Shown here in pieces: positions 1 through 14,443 of a DNA stretch of 64,000 nucleotides. Made by a program: the position numbers and the translations under genes. Source of the stretch: Chrysomallon squamiferum (taxonomy: Eukaryota > Animalia > Mollusca); contig CM022671.1 of NCBI GenBank assembly GCA_012295275.1, forward strand, positions 36,394,001 through 36,458,000, given 5' to 3'. The number at the start of each line of letters is the position of its first letter. The stretch's first letter is position 1. The notes under the pieces were generated by a model. That model was given only the letters and a program-made list of their open reading frames with translations. It had not been told where the DNA came from and did no database searches.

Positions 1-875
1 ATCAAAATCTAAATATTAAAATTTTAAATATAAAGTGTAAAGTTTAATGTTTTCATATATATTCATTACAAATATTTATAACACAATCTTCAAGCCACTG
101 ATTTGTGTTTATGTTTGGGTATACATATCTATGGTTCTAAATAAACATAAAGCTATCTCAGTTGGTGTGTGTTCTTCTGGAGATAATTATTTGACTTGAA
201 ATTAGGATGCATACATATACAGTGAGAAAAAATTACACTGACAATAGACACTACTACTACTACAACTACTACTATTATTATTTTTAACTAATGGCCTCTA
301 CCATTAAAATTATTCTTAAACTGAATATATAATTCAGTTTGTTCAGGCCTCAGATGCATAATATTAAACCATAGATCTCTGAATCTGTTTTATGTAAAGG
401 AATTAAACTAAAGGATAATTTAAAACTGAGTTTTAAAGTATTCAGTAATGTACAAGGAACATAAGTATTTAATTCAGAGGAAATTTGACAGACTAATGTG
501 TGAAGACATTTCTTTTCTTTTTAAATTCAATTTAAAAAATTCTATAATCTGATCATTACAAAAATAAAATTATAATACAAAATATTTAATTACTTGTTCT
601 GTTTTGAAGCTGATCATAAAAGTATTCTCCAGTATTCTTAATATTTAATAAATTTAAAAAATGAACATTTGCACAATCCCTCTGTATGCACTTTGGCATG
701 TATTTTTCTTAAATTCAGAGGAATTACCTATGAATTTAAAATCTTTCATGAAAATTTTTCATTTCACTCTTTCACAAATAGAGACACAGATAATGAAGGA
801 TTTTGAAAGTTGAGATATTTATAAATATTTTATAGACTTCTGTGTTTTACTCATCACTTCTTTTTTGTTCTGCAG

Positions 876-1447
876 CAGAGCCAGACAGTCATCTTGAAGT
901 GAAGAGATCATTTTCAAAATCTCGGGATATATCTGAATCCAATCTCACAGACATTTTAGTTGTAGGAGGTTTTAAACCAGTGGATAAGAAGAAAGATGGT
1001 AATTTATTTATTTACTGTTTTATTTGACATACATTTGTTTATTTACTAATTTAATACGTTAAATACTAATTTTTTCATACCTGATGCATTAATACTCCTT
1101 TCCTTTTTGTCAGTAATCCAGGTAGAACGTTATAATTCAGAATATGATAAATGGAACCACTTTGCTGGCTTACCAGAACCACGCAATCATCATGCTGTAG
1201 CAGTTCTTCATGGAAAGCTCTTCCTTATAGGTGAGTGATTGTCTGTATGGATTGCATTAGTTTTCTAAAATGCAGTTTTTTTTGGTATAACCATTCAGCA
1301 GTTTTTTCCTGCTTCAGCCAGTGCTCCTTCTGAATATGTTGTATGTGGGAAGGTGAAAACAAAAAATATCTTGCTTCAGACTGATAATAAAATATGTTTT
1401 GGTAAACCATGTTAGTGTTAAATTTTTTCCCCTTCTGTTTGTTGTTG

Positions 1448-1517
<70 letters not shown>

Positions 1518-3373
1518 GATATTTAGGTGGCAGTGATCCAAGAAAGTCAAAAAAGAATCCGGTTGCTACAAATACAACATTTATGTATAACCTGGATGAA
1601 CGAGAGTGGTACAAGATGGCTAACATGAGCACATGTCGAATGCACCACTCTGCCTGCACGTTGTTTGGAACGTTGTATGCTATCGGTGGACAGGATGAGA
1701 AAAACCAGTAAGTGTAACTGTACAGAGATGATAGTAAGATTAGTTCTGTTCATACTTTCCTTTCAGCTGGTGTCTATAGCTGAGATATCATGATGTAGTA
1801 TATCTTGAATGTGAGAAAGCATACTTAAAATGAATACTTACTGTTTGTTTTAGTTATATATAGGATGATTTCTTTCATTATTCAGTACAGTCATGTTTTA
1901 AAACAGAACTAGTGTATATAATATCAACTAATTGTAGATATCTGTTAATAAAATGACACACAAATTATATTGACTTGCTTGTTTCTTTTAAATATAGAAT
2001 TATTTTTTTTATTCAACAACAGATATGTAAAATAAGTATTTACTTAGCCTTTGTTGATAGCAGTTATTTCCCTTCACTCCTTATCTAAGTAATTCAATTT
2101 TGTAATTTGTTGTAATTTTTAATATATATAATTTTATTAGTTATGTATTTTGTTTTGTTTATATTACTATTTAATATTATAGGTAGTGTATAATTTATTT
2201 TTTTATTTTAGTATATATTATATAATCATGTGTGTATTTTGTTTGGTTTCTGTTACTTAATATATTTAATATTACCACTTCTGCATAATCACAGATCAAC
2301 CTTTTGATGTTTATGTTTGCCACAACAATTGCTATATGTTTAATTACTACAACAACAATTACTACTACCACTGTTGTTGCTGCTACTACTATTTCTACAA
2401 ATTTCATTATTACCACTAGTATAGTTATTATTATTATTATTATTATGCTGTTGTTATTTATTTTTGTAACAGCGTGCTAAGCAGTGTGGAATGTTTCAAT
2501 CTCAAAACTAACACATGGACATCTGTAGCCTCAATGAAGGTAGCACGATGTGGTTTTGGAGCCACTGTGCATGACGGCTACATCTATGTTGCTGGAGGTT
2601 TTGGTGAACCACCTGATAAGAAATCAAGAATGCCTGTTCTCAGCCACATGGAAATCTACAGTCCACGTACAAACAAGTGAGCCATTTCAAATTTGTTATT
2701 TTCTTCAAGCTATCACATTGTCTGTAACAGTAGGGTACAAAGAAATAATCTGTATATAATAATTATTTTGTTGTTTGCCATTTGCCAAGCAGAGTGTATG
2801 TAATGTTTGTTTTTAATATCTGTAGGTGGACAGAGGCATGCAAACTGTCAATTCCACGGTGTTATGCCAATTTGGTGTCGGTAAATAACCACTTGTATCT
2901 GTGCGGAGGAGCTACTCGGGGTGGAGGGAAGGGGTCAGCTGATGCCAACGCCTTGACCAGCTTATCTCTCATTGATGAGTACGACCCATTTGAGGACACC
3001 TGGCAAGAGTGCTCGGATCTCTATATCGCACGTCATAATGCTGGCGCTGTTGTAATGGGTGGGATTTTTATACTCTATAAAGAATTTTGATTCATTCATT
3101 AGTTATTTATTTATTTATTTATTTATTTATTTTTGTCTGTTTGTTTGTTTGTTTATTTGTTTCTTTTTTTCTTTATCTAAAGTTGAACTTATTTTGTTTT
3201 GTTTTTCAGGTAACAAAATTTACATTATTGGTGGAGTATCCTCAGAGCGGAACGACACGCTGCAGTCAGTTGAATGTTTTGATGTTCATACTCGCTCGTG
3301 GGACAGAACTATAAACAATCTGCCTCATCCTGCTACAGGAATTGGATGTGTTGCTATCCCAGCCAAGCATTAA
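876..3373 (+). CDS. Kelch-repeat beta-propeller protein (scruin-like/KLHL-type), last 6 coding exons; 5' part lies outside the window
   Basis: GT-AG exons 876-998, 1114-1230, 1527-1707, 2473-2676, 2826-3058 and 3210-3373 splice in frame. They give six kelch repeats with GG dipeptides and Y..W / R..H motifs (ILVVGG, LFLIGG, LYAIGG, IYVAGG, LYLCGG, IYIIGG), ending GIGCVAIPAKH*. The scruin resemblance is from memory. Confidence 0.9.
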
Positions 3374-5416
3374 TAAACAAAAGGCTAAATTAGCAAAATT
3401 AACAAATTTGAGTGCTTTGTGGGACTAAACAATATATATGTATATATATATATATATATATTTTATTTTTTAAATTAAAAATAAATTAAAAACAAATAAT
3501 TAAAAACCTTAAAATATATATGTGACAATAATTTAAAAAAATAAATAAATTAAAAATAAAAGTCATTAAAACAGTAAAATGAACCAACAACCCATAAACA
3601 AAATGAACAATAGCTTGCATTTCAGAAAGGGCTAGACTGGATCACAAAATAATGAGACGATCAAAGATTTGTGTTTTTAAACTCATACTATTAAGAATTG
3701 ATTGATTGTTTATAGAAAGAGGTGACTGTGTGTCAGCAGGTTTGGGACAAGCTGGTTTGTAAATATAATTTCTTGTTGTTTCATTACCTGTAGGATTATT
3801 GAGAGCAATTGTGATTTGTTTGGATGTTTTGGTAGATAAATATGCATGGTAAAACATCTTTCACTTTTCTCTTCTTTTTTCTTTTTCTTTTTTTGACATC
3901 TTTGTTGTTGTTTTTCCTTTTTCTAAACTTTCTTTCTTTCTTTCTTTCTTTCTTTCTATCTTTCTTTCTTGATTTTGTTCTTAATCAGTGTGACAAAAAC
4001 GAATGTGACTTTATATTTTGTTCTAGTTTGATATTGCAGTGTCTTATTTATCAGGTGATGCAGATTTGCTTTTTTATTGTTTTTATATTTTTCATGTTTG
4101 CTTTTTTTAAATGAAATTTACATGCCAATCATGATACTTAATCTTTTTCTTAATATTAAAAAAAAAAAAAAAGAAGAAGAAAAAGGAAAAAGGAAAAAAT
4201 AATTTAAAATTATGTTTTATTGTTTTGGGTTTTTTTGTGTTAAAAACACACTTTTATATGGTCTGTCAAAGGAACTATTGTTTGGTGTGGAGAATCTGCT
4301 TTGTTATTCTTAGCAATACATGGAATGGTATGTGAATGTTTATTATTTGTTCATTATTATTAATTATACTCTGTTTTTACAATGCCTCTTCTGAAAAACC
4401 AAAAAAGTAATGCCATTAATTCTAATATTATTAATACTATTACAATCATTAATAATAAACAAACCAAAAATTAAAATAAATCAAAAACAATAGAAACTGT
4501 ATAATAGTTTTGAATTTCCAGTGATTTATTCACACAAACTATTCTGGTTGGTTGTACTGATTTGTATTGCTAGTATAACCAGATGGAGGCTTGTAGTTTT
4601 GAAATCAAAGTTCAGTTAATTGTACTGGATGATGCTGTTACTAATATTAATGATAAACTTTTGTTTGTTATGTATCTATTTAGTACTGAGTGATTTTGCT
4701 AACATGGTTGTTATATTTTATATTTGTGTTGGTGTTTTTGTTAATGGTATGGGTGGGATGTTGTGTATATTTGTACATACTTATAGTCCTAATCAAATAG
4801 CACACACTGACATGGGTTCAGTGGAGTGATTTCCTAATGTATTGCTATACATACACATAATGTATGTTTACATTGGTATTCAAACTGTTACAACAATGGA
4901 CAGTTTTGCAGGCAAGTGAATATTATCAACACTGTAATTAAATTAGATTGTCATTTAAACTAGTGTTGATTTACTTTAAACTGTTCATTGTTACAGTTTG
5001 AAAATTGTGTTGTTTTAATTAAACTGTTTGTTTTAGCTGGCTTTATGAGATCAACTGTGTGTACTACTTTACTTCTGTCATTTCTTAGTCCTCTGTATTT
5101 TTATTATTTTATGATAATATTTTCTTTTGTTGTTATTTGTGTTAGCTTGTGAACAGTGCCTTCCTTCTATTATTACAAATCTACTCACACACTTCTGGTG
5201 TACGGAACATTGCTTCCTCCGTGCTATATGATCTTAATGCACATTAATATACATGTATAAAAAATATTAAAATGCCGAATTAAAAATTGCATAAATCAAT
5301 CACTGTTTTGTTTTGTTTTCCTGTTTAAATGCAAATTCTGGTCTTATATTTATTCAGCAACATTAAACCATTACCTGTAAAAGATGTTTTACTATTTTTA
5401 TACAGATTACCGGGCT

Positions 5417-5450
<34 letters not shown>

Positions 5451-5724
5451 TTAACACTGTTAGTGAGCTTACTTTAAAAATGACACCTATATAAAATATC
5501 TTTCTTTATTTATTTTGTTAAATGTATTTTATTGCATATGTTGGGTATGCCAAAATTCCACTTGTTCTGTAGTAAAAAATAAACTTATAAACCAGTTTTA
5601 TTAAATAATGCATCTTACAACACCACACACTGAATGAGCTGGTTAGTATTAAATTCAGTTTTTAAAAATAAATGCTAGAAAGAAAATCTCTCTCTTATTA
5701 CAATTTGTTATTATATAATTTATT

Positions 5725-5870
5725 ATATATAAAAAATAAAAAATAAAATAAAATAAAGTAAAATAAAATAAATATATAAAAAATAAAAAATAAAAAATAA
5801 AATAAAATAAAATAAAATAAAATAAAATAAAATAAAATAAAATAAAATAAAATAAAATAAATAAATAAAT
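5725..5870. repeat. (AAAAT)n low-complexity repeat
   Basis: Direct reading of the sequence. Confidence 0.9.
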
Positions 5871-6085
5871 CATAAAAAAAAAATGTATATAATATGAAAT
5901 AAAATAACAAAAAAAAATACTTATACTTTCAATAATAGATCACTAGTTAGAACGGGAATTCATCGCCAAGGTCTATGAAATTGTCATTGTCACCATTGTC
6001 ATTCCATCACTAAAATAATTAAGATCTTGATGATTATGATGGCAAGTTAAAAAAATTATTTATTATTATATTATTATTTTTAATG

Positions 6086-6090
<5 letters not shown>

Positions 6091-6161
<71 letters not shown>
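6091..6161. repeat. (AG)n microsatellite
   Basis: Direct reading of the sequence. Confidence 0.95.
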
Positions 6162-6163
<2 letters not shown>

Positions 6164-7701
6164 GCTAAAGTTACAAAACGCGCACATTGTCGGATTTGAG
6201 TGGAATCTTGATGTTCCAGTTCACTGCTAGATTACAGTGCGAACGAGTTAACGAGTGGATGTAGTGACCTTAAAATTGTCCAGTTACACTTAGTTCGAAG
6301 GCTTGACCTCATAATTACAAAAACCAGTTAAAATAATCGGAAAGAAAATCACTGTTACGTAAAACTGAATGCCGTTAATTCACCTAAATCGTTTAACCTG
6401 ATTGTTGTAAAATCCACGCGAAGGTTCCAAGAGGGGGTAACAAAACGCTTCCCTCTGCTTTGGGTAGTTTTTTCGTTTGCTGTCTTAACTTGTAAAATAA
6501 GTAAGCCTAATATCCTAAAGTTTAAAATAATGTTACTTTAAAAATCAAAATATTATTGTATGTATATGTATTATTATAGATTTAAAAACGTTATAATAAT
6601 AATAATAATAAAAATAACAACTATAACAGCAAAACATCATTGTGATTATTGTGTTTAATTCACGCCTCTTTCTGAAAACTCTAAAAGAGTTTCGCAGATT
6701 AGTTTTAGTTTTTGTTTAACAATTAACATCATTAAAATCCTGCCCTTCTAGAAACTTGTAGATTATACCTAAACTTGAATTTCCAAACATAAATTCGTCG
6801 TCTGAAACTCCCACCCCTTCTTTAAACCTAGATCCACCTCTGAATCAATGCCTGGATTACCATTAGCTTTACGTGGATCAAATTAGAAGCTTTCCCTGCA
6901 CCATACTAATTTAGATAATAAAAGCTTTGTTCATTCATTAGCATACCACATTTGTATAATAGAGCCTAATTTAAGAGATTTTTTTTTTTTTAAAAAGTTA
7001 AAAAAAATAATTCCTTTTTGTGCATATAAATTCAATGTTAAACTGATATACATTTTTTTTTAAGCAGTTAAATATATAAGTATCTACCTGTGTGTGTAAA
7101 TTTGAAAACACATGTTTATATGACTAATATTTTTATATAGTGCATTATTGTACAGGAATCTGTTATAAACAATATATAATATGTTTGTGAAGGTTTGATT
7201 CAGTTTATAATTTGTTTACAGTGGAATGATATTACTAATAATATATTCATTGCAGTACTCAAACAGTACAAGAGACGTGTTAAAACGATAAAACAAAACA
7301 ATGAAATCGCTCGGTGGGATGACGGCTGTCATATTTTCTTTCTTCGTGGTCTGTCTCGTTCTTCCAACTGGACACGCAAACCCGACTGCGCTTTATGGTG
7401 GAAACAATGAGTATACAATTACAGTTTGACAGAGTGGGGCATGTCAAACACAAAGACTTATTTAAGCTGTGTGTCTCATCGAGAACACCCGTGACGTCAC
7501 GCCAGATCTGGCTGCCAGGTAATTGGCGACCTCGCGGGAAGGGTAGAAATGTTTGGGATTAATCGTAACGAACAGAGCTAGAGCTGGTTACACGTCGAGA
7601 AGACCGCCACACAAAACAGATATTTATTTCTAATCGCCGAGACAGTTTATCGCTGTGTTTGAAGCGGAGTGAAAGGAAGGGACAGTTCAATCGTAACAGA
7701 G

Positions 7702-8562
7702 ATGACAGAGCGAATTCGATATCACAATCCGAAGTTTATATCGCAGGATGTCCCGTTTGGTAAAAATAAAATGGTAAAGGATGACGGCGTTAGAAACATA
7801 GCCGTAACTTTTCTCACGTTGGAAACCGAACGTGTGAGCAGTCCTACAGAAGATATCCATGCAGGTGATGATATTCGACATAAATCAAAATTTCTTCACG
7901 AGTTTCGGGTGAGAAGAAAAAGTCCGTTTATTAAGAAGATTTCTCCGCAGTTACACAAAGATGACACGTTCCTGGAGCTGGGGTTGCTTGGCAAGGGCTA
8001 TCTGAGTGACAGCTACCACAACAAGCCTCAAACAAAAACGAAGGACTCCTCTCTTCAGGCGATCTCTCCAACCAGCACATCGCCCAGCATACTTGGACTT
8101 CCACCAGTGACCAACAGGTCCTCAAAATCCGACACACCCACGTTGTCAAACATTCACCAGTTCTCCTACCTGAATACTGACTTCGGGTTCGGAAAGTACA
8201 GAACGGACACATTTTCTGGTTTAGGCTTGCACGGCAGCCGCCACTTATTTGAAAGCAATGATCTAGAGTCTAGATTGGCTACGCAGGCTAGGAAACATAT
8301 AGAGGCATGCACCACTGTTGGGATGGTGAGGAAACAAAGCAGAGCAGCTCAAAATGTTCTTGGTCTGAAGAGGACGATCGAAGAAGGTGTTATTATTGAT
8401 AAGTACGGCAAACTAGTTCCCCTCCCCATTCACGTTGGAAACCACCACAAAAACAGTTCACACAAACTACAGTCAGCTATACATAGCAACAAATCAACAA
8501 AACAAAACAAACACAGCCTTCCATTTATTTCTGGTAATTCCTCCTTTCCTCTCACAGAATGA
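7702..8562 (+). CDS. Intronless uncharacterised protein (~286 aa from the first ATG), basic and Ser/Thr-rich
   Basis: Open 894-nt frame (7669-8562), clearly more GC-rich than its flanks and non-repetitive. First ATG at 7702 (MTERIRYHNPKF...). No domain recognised. Confidence 0.6.
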   Translation: MTERIRYHNPKFISQDVPFGKNKMVKDDGVRNIAVTFLTLETERVSSPTEDIHAGDDIRHKSKFLHEFRVRRKSPFIKKISPQLHKDDTFLELGLLGKGYLSDSYHNKPQTKTKDSSLQAISPTSTSPSILGLPPVTNRSSKSDTPTLSNIHQFSYLNTDFGFGKYRTDTFSGLGLHGSRHLFESNDLESRLATQARKHIEACTTVGMVRKQSRAAQNVLGLKRTIEEGVIIDKYGKLVPLPIHVGNHHKNSSHKLQSAIHSNKSTKQNKHSLPFISGNSSFPLTE

Positions 8563-11484
8563 AGAGAGTTTAAATACATGGAATTAATTTGTGCTTTTTC
8601 GTCATGGAATTGTTAACTAGGAATATTTAATTTCTTAAAACACTGACGTGGTGTAATTCGTAAAACAGTAGCCAAAAGGCTGTTATTTAAATTGTGCAAA
8701 TGATTTAATATTTTTCATATGATCACTAAATGTGATTTTCATTTTGTCTGACATCTTAGATTATAATTTTATGTGACGAGATAAAATAAATAAGCATTTT
8801 TATGTTATGCAATTATTCTAAAATTGTGTTTACCAGAAAATGATGTCTTTACACCAGAAGAGAGTTTTTATTAATAGTACGAGAAAAATATAAATCAGAG
8901 GGAAGAAATGTTTTATGAATATTCAAAAGAATGGAATATGTTGATGAAGAATAAAAGTAAATCCGAGCAGTGTATGAATCAGATTGTTAAGCATAAGAAG
9001 ACTTATTTACAAGTGTACTAATGTTAGTAACCAGTCTCTATACACAAAGTAAGCTCAGCCATGGATGTGTACACACCTGACGTGAATTAACACAAGAACA
9101 GCGTGATTGAAAATAATAACAACAGTAATCTGCAGACGTGATGAAGTGTGTTCATATTACAGTGTCCAGTGAACCGAGGCGCCCCCACTTACTGAATAGT
9201 CTCTGTGTGGACAAAAAAAAAAAAATAATAATAAAAAAAAAAAAAAAAAAATCAAAATTGATTGGATTTCTGAGATCAGTAATCGATAGGTTTGGCAATA
9301 ATCCATGAACTGGGTAAACACAACAAGAATTTTGTACAGTATTATTTATATCGTATTAAATATTTATTTGTAAATAGAATTTTTTAAAATAAATGTCTTA
9401 TTAATTTTACCTGTCTACTCACGGTTATACATAAACAATATTATTATTATAAAATACGAATTTACATGATTTGTGTGCATGTTTAAGAGCATGTGAGTGA
9501 CAAAGAGAGAAGTAATGTTGATATATTTGTTACATATGTAAATATATGTACTAATGATATTTATTCGTGTTCGGTTTCTGTACATTTATTTCTTTCTCTA
9601 ATAATACTGACGTTTAACTGGGATCAATTCTATGTAATTGATAGCGTGTAGTTTAAAAATTAACAAGATTGTTATTTTATTTTATTAATTTATTATACAC
9701 TTTGTGTCGCCAGCTTATTGCCAGTATTGAAGGCCTTTGTATGAGCATCGATTCTTTTATTTCCAGTTAGTGCGTATTTTTCGGTATGAGGGAAGGTGTA
9801 GATTACACATCACTTATTGCTAATCAGCCAATGATCTTCATTGTACAGGAAATAATTGATATTTCGCAAACCATTCACTGTATTTACTTTTTCGACCATT
9901 TAAAAAAAAGTATTTCCGCTTCACATAACTAACATGCAGCACAGCAGATATTCTGGCTTTAATCGCCTCCCATATTGGCCAGTGCTGACTTCTCTTTCAG
10001 GGCCTCACAATGATTACATATTCATCGACTCTTTCAACTTCATGTAAATCCTGTCAGATTAATACTGCTTGTAGGTCAGTCCTATCTGTCTGTTGGTGGC
10101 TTTCGAGAGTTGTAGGGATTTTCACAAAGCAAACAATTTTATCTTTATAAATGTTGACATTTCGACTCAAGTTTCATTCCTGTGACTTTTACATAACCCA
10201 GACAACGCACATACAACAACTCCCTCAACAAAGTAGGTTTATGTTAATAACGAAATACTGAAGACAGTTATTATAACGTGAGGTAGATTATTAACTGTTT
10301 TTAACATTGTTGTATTGCGACTATAAAACACTGATAATAATTTCAGTGACTTGTAAATTATTAAAAACATTAAATATGTTTACTCTTTCGTTTGTTTTTA
10401 TTTAAAATGTTGAGAATTTTAAAATGTATCACAACTGACAAGAAGATAAAACCCTATCCTATCGTGTGAGCAGTGTAGCGAAGTTGAGATACAATCGGGT
10501 AACTCTGTATTGTTCTCTATTTCACAAATAACCTGTGTGTAATTTAGTCAACAGTTTTAATACATACACACACACATACATACATACATATAGAGACCTA
10601 CACATACATGTGAAACATACATCATACATATATATATATATATATATACACACACATACATACACACACACACACACACACACTATCAGTTCGTGTAAAT
10701 TTATTAAATGAAATAAAACGTGAAAAACTCACGCGTCAAATATCAATCATTTATATTTACAAATAAGTAAATCATGAAATACGTACATTTGTCACACAAG
10801 TGTTTAATCAGTAAATAATCCTACTTTTAGATATTCTCTATAAAAGAATTACAGTACTAAGTCCGTCGCTGATGCTTATTACCGACAAAACCAACATATT
10901 CCGCAGTATCTGAAACAAAGAAATGATTAGCCATGTTAAAAACTGTTCAAGCGCGGTTGATCAAATCAGCTTTTGAGATGCCGGTCAAAGACCTCGGTAT
11001 AAAGTATAAACAATATCTTTTTCCACTTTCAAGTTAACGTGTTAAAAAAGTTCAAAATATCCTTCAGTTGGGTATATGTGTACATATACATATATATATA
11101 TTGTATGTATGTGTAGGCCTCTGTATGTATGTATGTGTGCATGTATGTATGCATGTATGTATGTATGTATGTATGAGTATATAATGAAAAAATAATTCAT
11201 TTAATATGATAACGAATACCAAAACAGGCGACGTTCAAACAGAACAGAACAGAACAAAACAAAACAAAACAAACAAACAAACAAACGAACAAACAAAAAA
11301 TCCTAAGTAAATGGTAATATTGCTACTTAGGACACAACATAATTATTATATATTTTATTGCATAAGAGTTATCTCCCATAAAATAAATTGAAGCCTAGTG
11401 AAGGAAGAAAAGTAACTTCCGGTAGCAGACAAACGCATTTGGACTTCGCCATTAGAATTTTGATATACATGTTTAGTAAACATC

Positions 11485-14443
11485 ATGCCTTTGCCTGCTG
11501 CTTTAGCTGCACGATTGGCCAAAAGGGGACTGGTAAAACCTGAAGAAATCAAGCTTCCACAAAAACCAGGTTTAATTATTTATATATATTAAATTGTAAA
11601 TAAATAAGCAGTAACCAAGGCAAGAGTACCGTCGTCTGATCTGATCCTAGGCTAGAGAATAGACCCAGTTACTAGTATTACTGTATTAGTCTGTTACAGT
11701 TGCTAGTACTGTATTTAACAATAATAATAAAAAAAAAGTATCCTAGCATTATATATTAAAAAATTATATCACATAACATTATAATTGACATATTACATGA
11801 TTTGATACCAAACTACGAAGACTGAATAAAAAAAAAAAAAAATTAAATGTGAAATTAAAATTAAATACATACGTAACATAGTGACAAAAAAAAAAAAAAA
11901 AAATAAATAAATAAATAAATAAATTAAAAAAGAAAGAAAGAAAGAACAAAATTGTTTAGTTAAGGAAGTTACAAATTCATTAAATATTTTTCCTTTGTAA
12001 GGAAAATTCTGATTCATATTATTACTGTTTATTTATAAATTTAATATATATTTTGTTATTTTTTGTGTATAAATGTACACATATAAGTAAACTTTATTCC
12101 TCCACTCCCCAGAAACTGAAGAAAACATTCTGCAGCATAAACTAATGGCTAAACTGGTAGTAGTACATATTAATTAATGTGCAGCCTAAGTCAATTTTTG
12201 GAATGAAAAGATATTCATTTAATTTTTGTTTTACTGTAGTTTATTTTCTTACATTTAGAGGAGGTTGAAGAGGTTTTTGCAGAGGACTATGATGATCCAT
12301 CCAATCCAGACACAACTTTGGAGTCCACCGTGAAAACAACCACCAACAGTATAGACACACCCACTGAACACACCCTTATCTATGAAACAGTTGCTTGTCC
12401 AAACAAATGGAACCCATACCACAAATGTGTGGCTTTTTGTCGTGGTCACTGGGGAGTTAAAGAGTTCATTCCAGAACCAGTGATGTTGAAACGCAGAGAA
12501 AGACATCTGAGGAAATATCCTCTTCCCGAAGGTTGGATAGAAGTAGCTGATCCAGAAACGTTAGTGCTTTTTTTTTTTTTTTTCTAAAATGAGCAGGTGA
12601 TACGTGAAAACCTGTGAAATCAATAACTTTTGTTTCTGTTAGGCATGATTACTGTTTACTTTGATTCTAGTTACTGTTGACTTTACTGTACATTTTCAGA
12701 GGCAGATACTACTACTGGAGTGTCACCACTGACCAAGTGTCCTGGCTCTCACCACTGCATCCACAGGCAACCATTACTTTACCTGCTGACAGACTACAAG
12801 GTACTCTGACTTACTCACGGACTACTTGCCAACAACTGTCTCACATATTTTGTATCTGTCTGGATTTTTCAGAACCAAATTCAAATATAAGCTAAAAAAA
12901 AATTACTGCTTAATCATCATAATTTGAACAAACCTCTTTGATTCCAGTTAATTATTATTCAGTTAGCATATTCAGTTAAATAGTGCCTCTAAAACAGATA
13001 TATCAAAGATTGTGGTATCACTAGAGTGTAAAACTAGTGTGTAAGAGCAGGTTTTTATCAATACTACAGTTTTTGCCTTTGTTACTTGTAATTCCACTGT
13101 GAATATTTTCTTTTCAGCCATGTTGGACAGTTCAGGGAGGGCTGACATAGCAAACAATGATGATGAACACATGGAAGTCCAGAGTGATCTGGTTTGTCAC
13201 AAATTATTATTAGTTTTTCTTTCTTGTTTGTCCTATTTTCTATCAACCTATATCTGTCTCTCTATCTATGCATGCACACATGTAAACAAAACTGAGGATG
13301 ACTAAATTGTAAAGAAGCAAAACAAGGTGTATTTTTGTACTGTTTCAGAGTGATCTAAGCAGTTCTGAATCTTCAAGTGATGGAGAACAAGAGAGACGCA
13401 GGGACAGAAACCGAGACAGGGGAAGACGATATTCACGAGGTCATAATGTAGAAAAAAAAGGTTTGTATTTTATCATTACATGAAAAAGGACAGGAAATAA
13501 ACTTTAAAAGTAACAAAAAATGTGATGATACAGTTGTCAGTGTATATGTATATAAACTGTTTACAATCAGTAAGAAACAGGATCAAGTACAAATGTTGTT
13601 TCCAGAGTATTGGTATCTCAAACGCAGCTGTTATTTGTTTAGATCCTCATGATGTTAAATTAAAATAATTTTTCAGGCAGCAAACGAGGTAAAGAAGACA
13701 CTTTGGATCCAATGGACCCTGCATCATACTCAGACATTCCTCGGTAAAGTTAATTTTAAATTTTAAATATACAGAGAAACCTTCCTAAAATCAAAACTCT
13801 CTTTAAACCAGACACAGTATTTTAATTTTTTTTTTTTATTATTTACAGTTTATTAGAATAACATAATAATAATACAAATAATTGTATACAAACTTAAACT
13901 TCCCTCCTCCAGCCCCCAAAAATGAAAGAAAATAGAAAAATATGAATACCTAATGTTAAAAAAACCCTACATTACATTCTGCAATATCAACTAACAACTA
14001 AATTAGAACATTTTAATTTTTAAATATTTTAGTTAAATCAAACTGTAGACCATGTTAATATTTAATTATTTTAGCTAGTAGTACATATTATTATTTAATT
14101 ATTTTTAATTGTAGAACCAGCACATTTTAGATTACAAATATTTAATTGATATTTAACTATTTTAGATAATACAAACTGTAGACTTAGTGCTATAGATATT
14201 TAAGTATTTTAGATAATACAAACTGTAAAACTCGTACATATAACAATTTAATAATGTGAACTGTAGGACTGAAACATATTTAATTATTTCAGGGGTTCGT
14301 GGTCTGATGGTCTAGATCAGAGAGGAAAGGCAAAGACTGGGGTGGATGTTACAGTCTCCGGTCCCCTTTTCCAGCAGCGTCCCTACCCCAGTCCTGGGGA
14401 CGTGTTACGTGCAAACAGAGAAATGTCAGAAAAAAAGACATAA
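11485..14443 (+). CDS. PQBP1: Polyglutamine-binding protein 1 (WW-domain splicing factor), 7 coding exons
   Basis: Exons 11485-11569, 12259-12559, 12700-12800, 13118-13191, 13349-13439, 13677-13743 and 14293-14443. Hallmarks: N-terminal [23 protein letters not shown] domain (LPEGW..GRYYYW..VSWLSP), [21 protein letters not shown], and [28 protein letters not shown] (YxxPxxVL motif). Confidence 0.95.

Noticed and set aside
1225-1659. Poly-N, poly-I, poly-Y and poly-L ORFs here and at 24085, 29314, 30867, 40329, 41864, 51419 and 53637
   Set aside because: Translations of (AAT)n microsatellites; the only real coding parts are overlaps with the exons already listed.
9700-10230. Higher-complexity stretch that might be a decayed transposon or exon
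   Set aside because: No sustained open frame, terminal repeats or recognisable motif found by eye.
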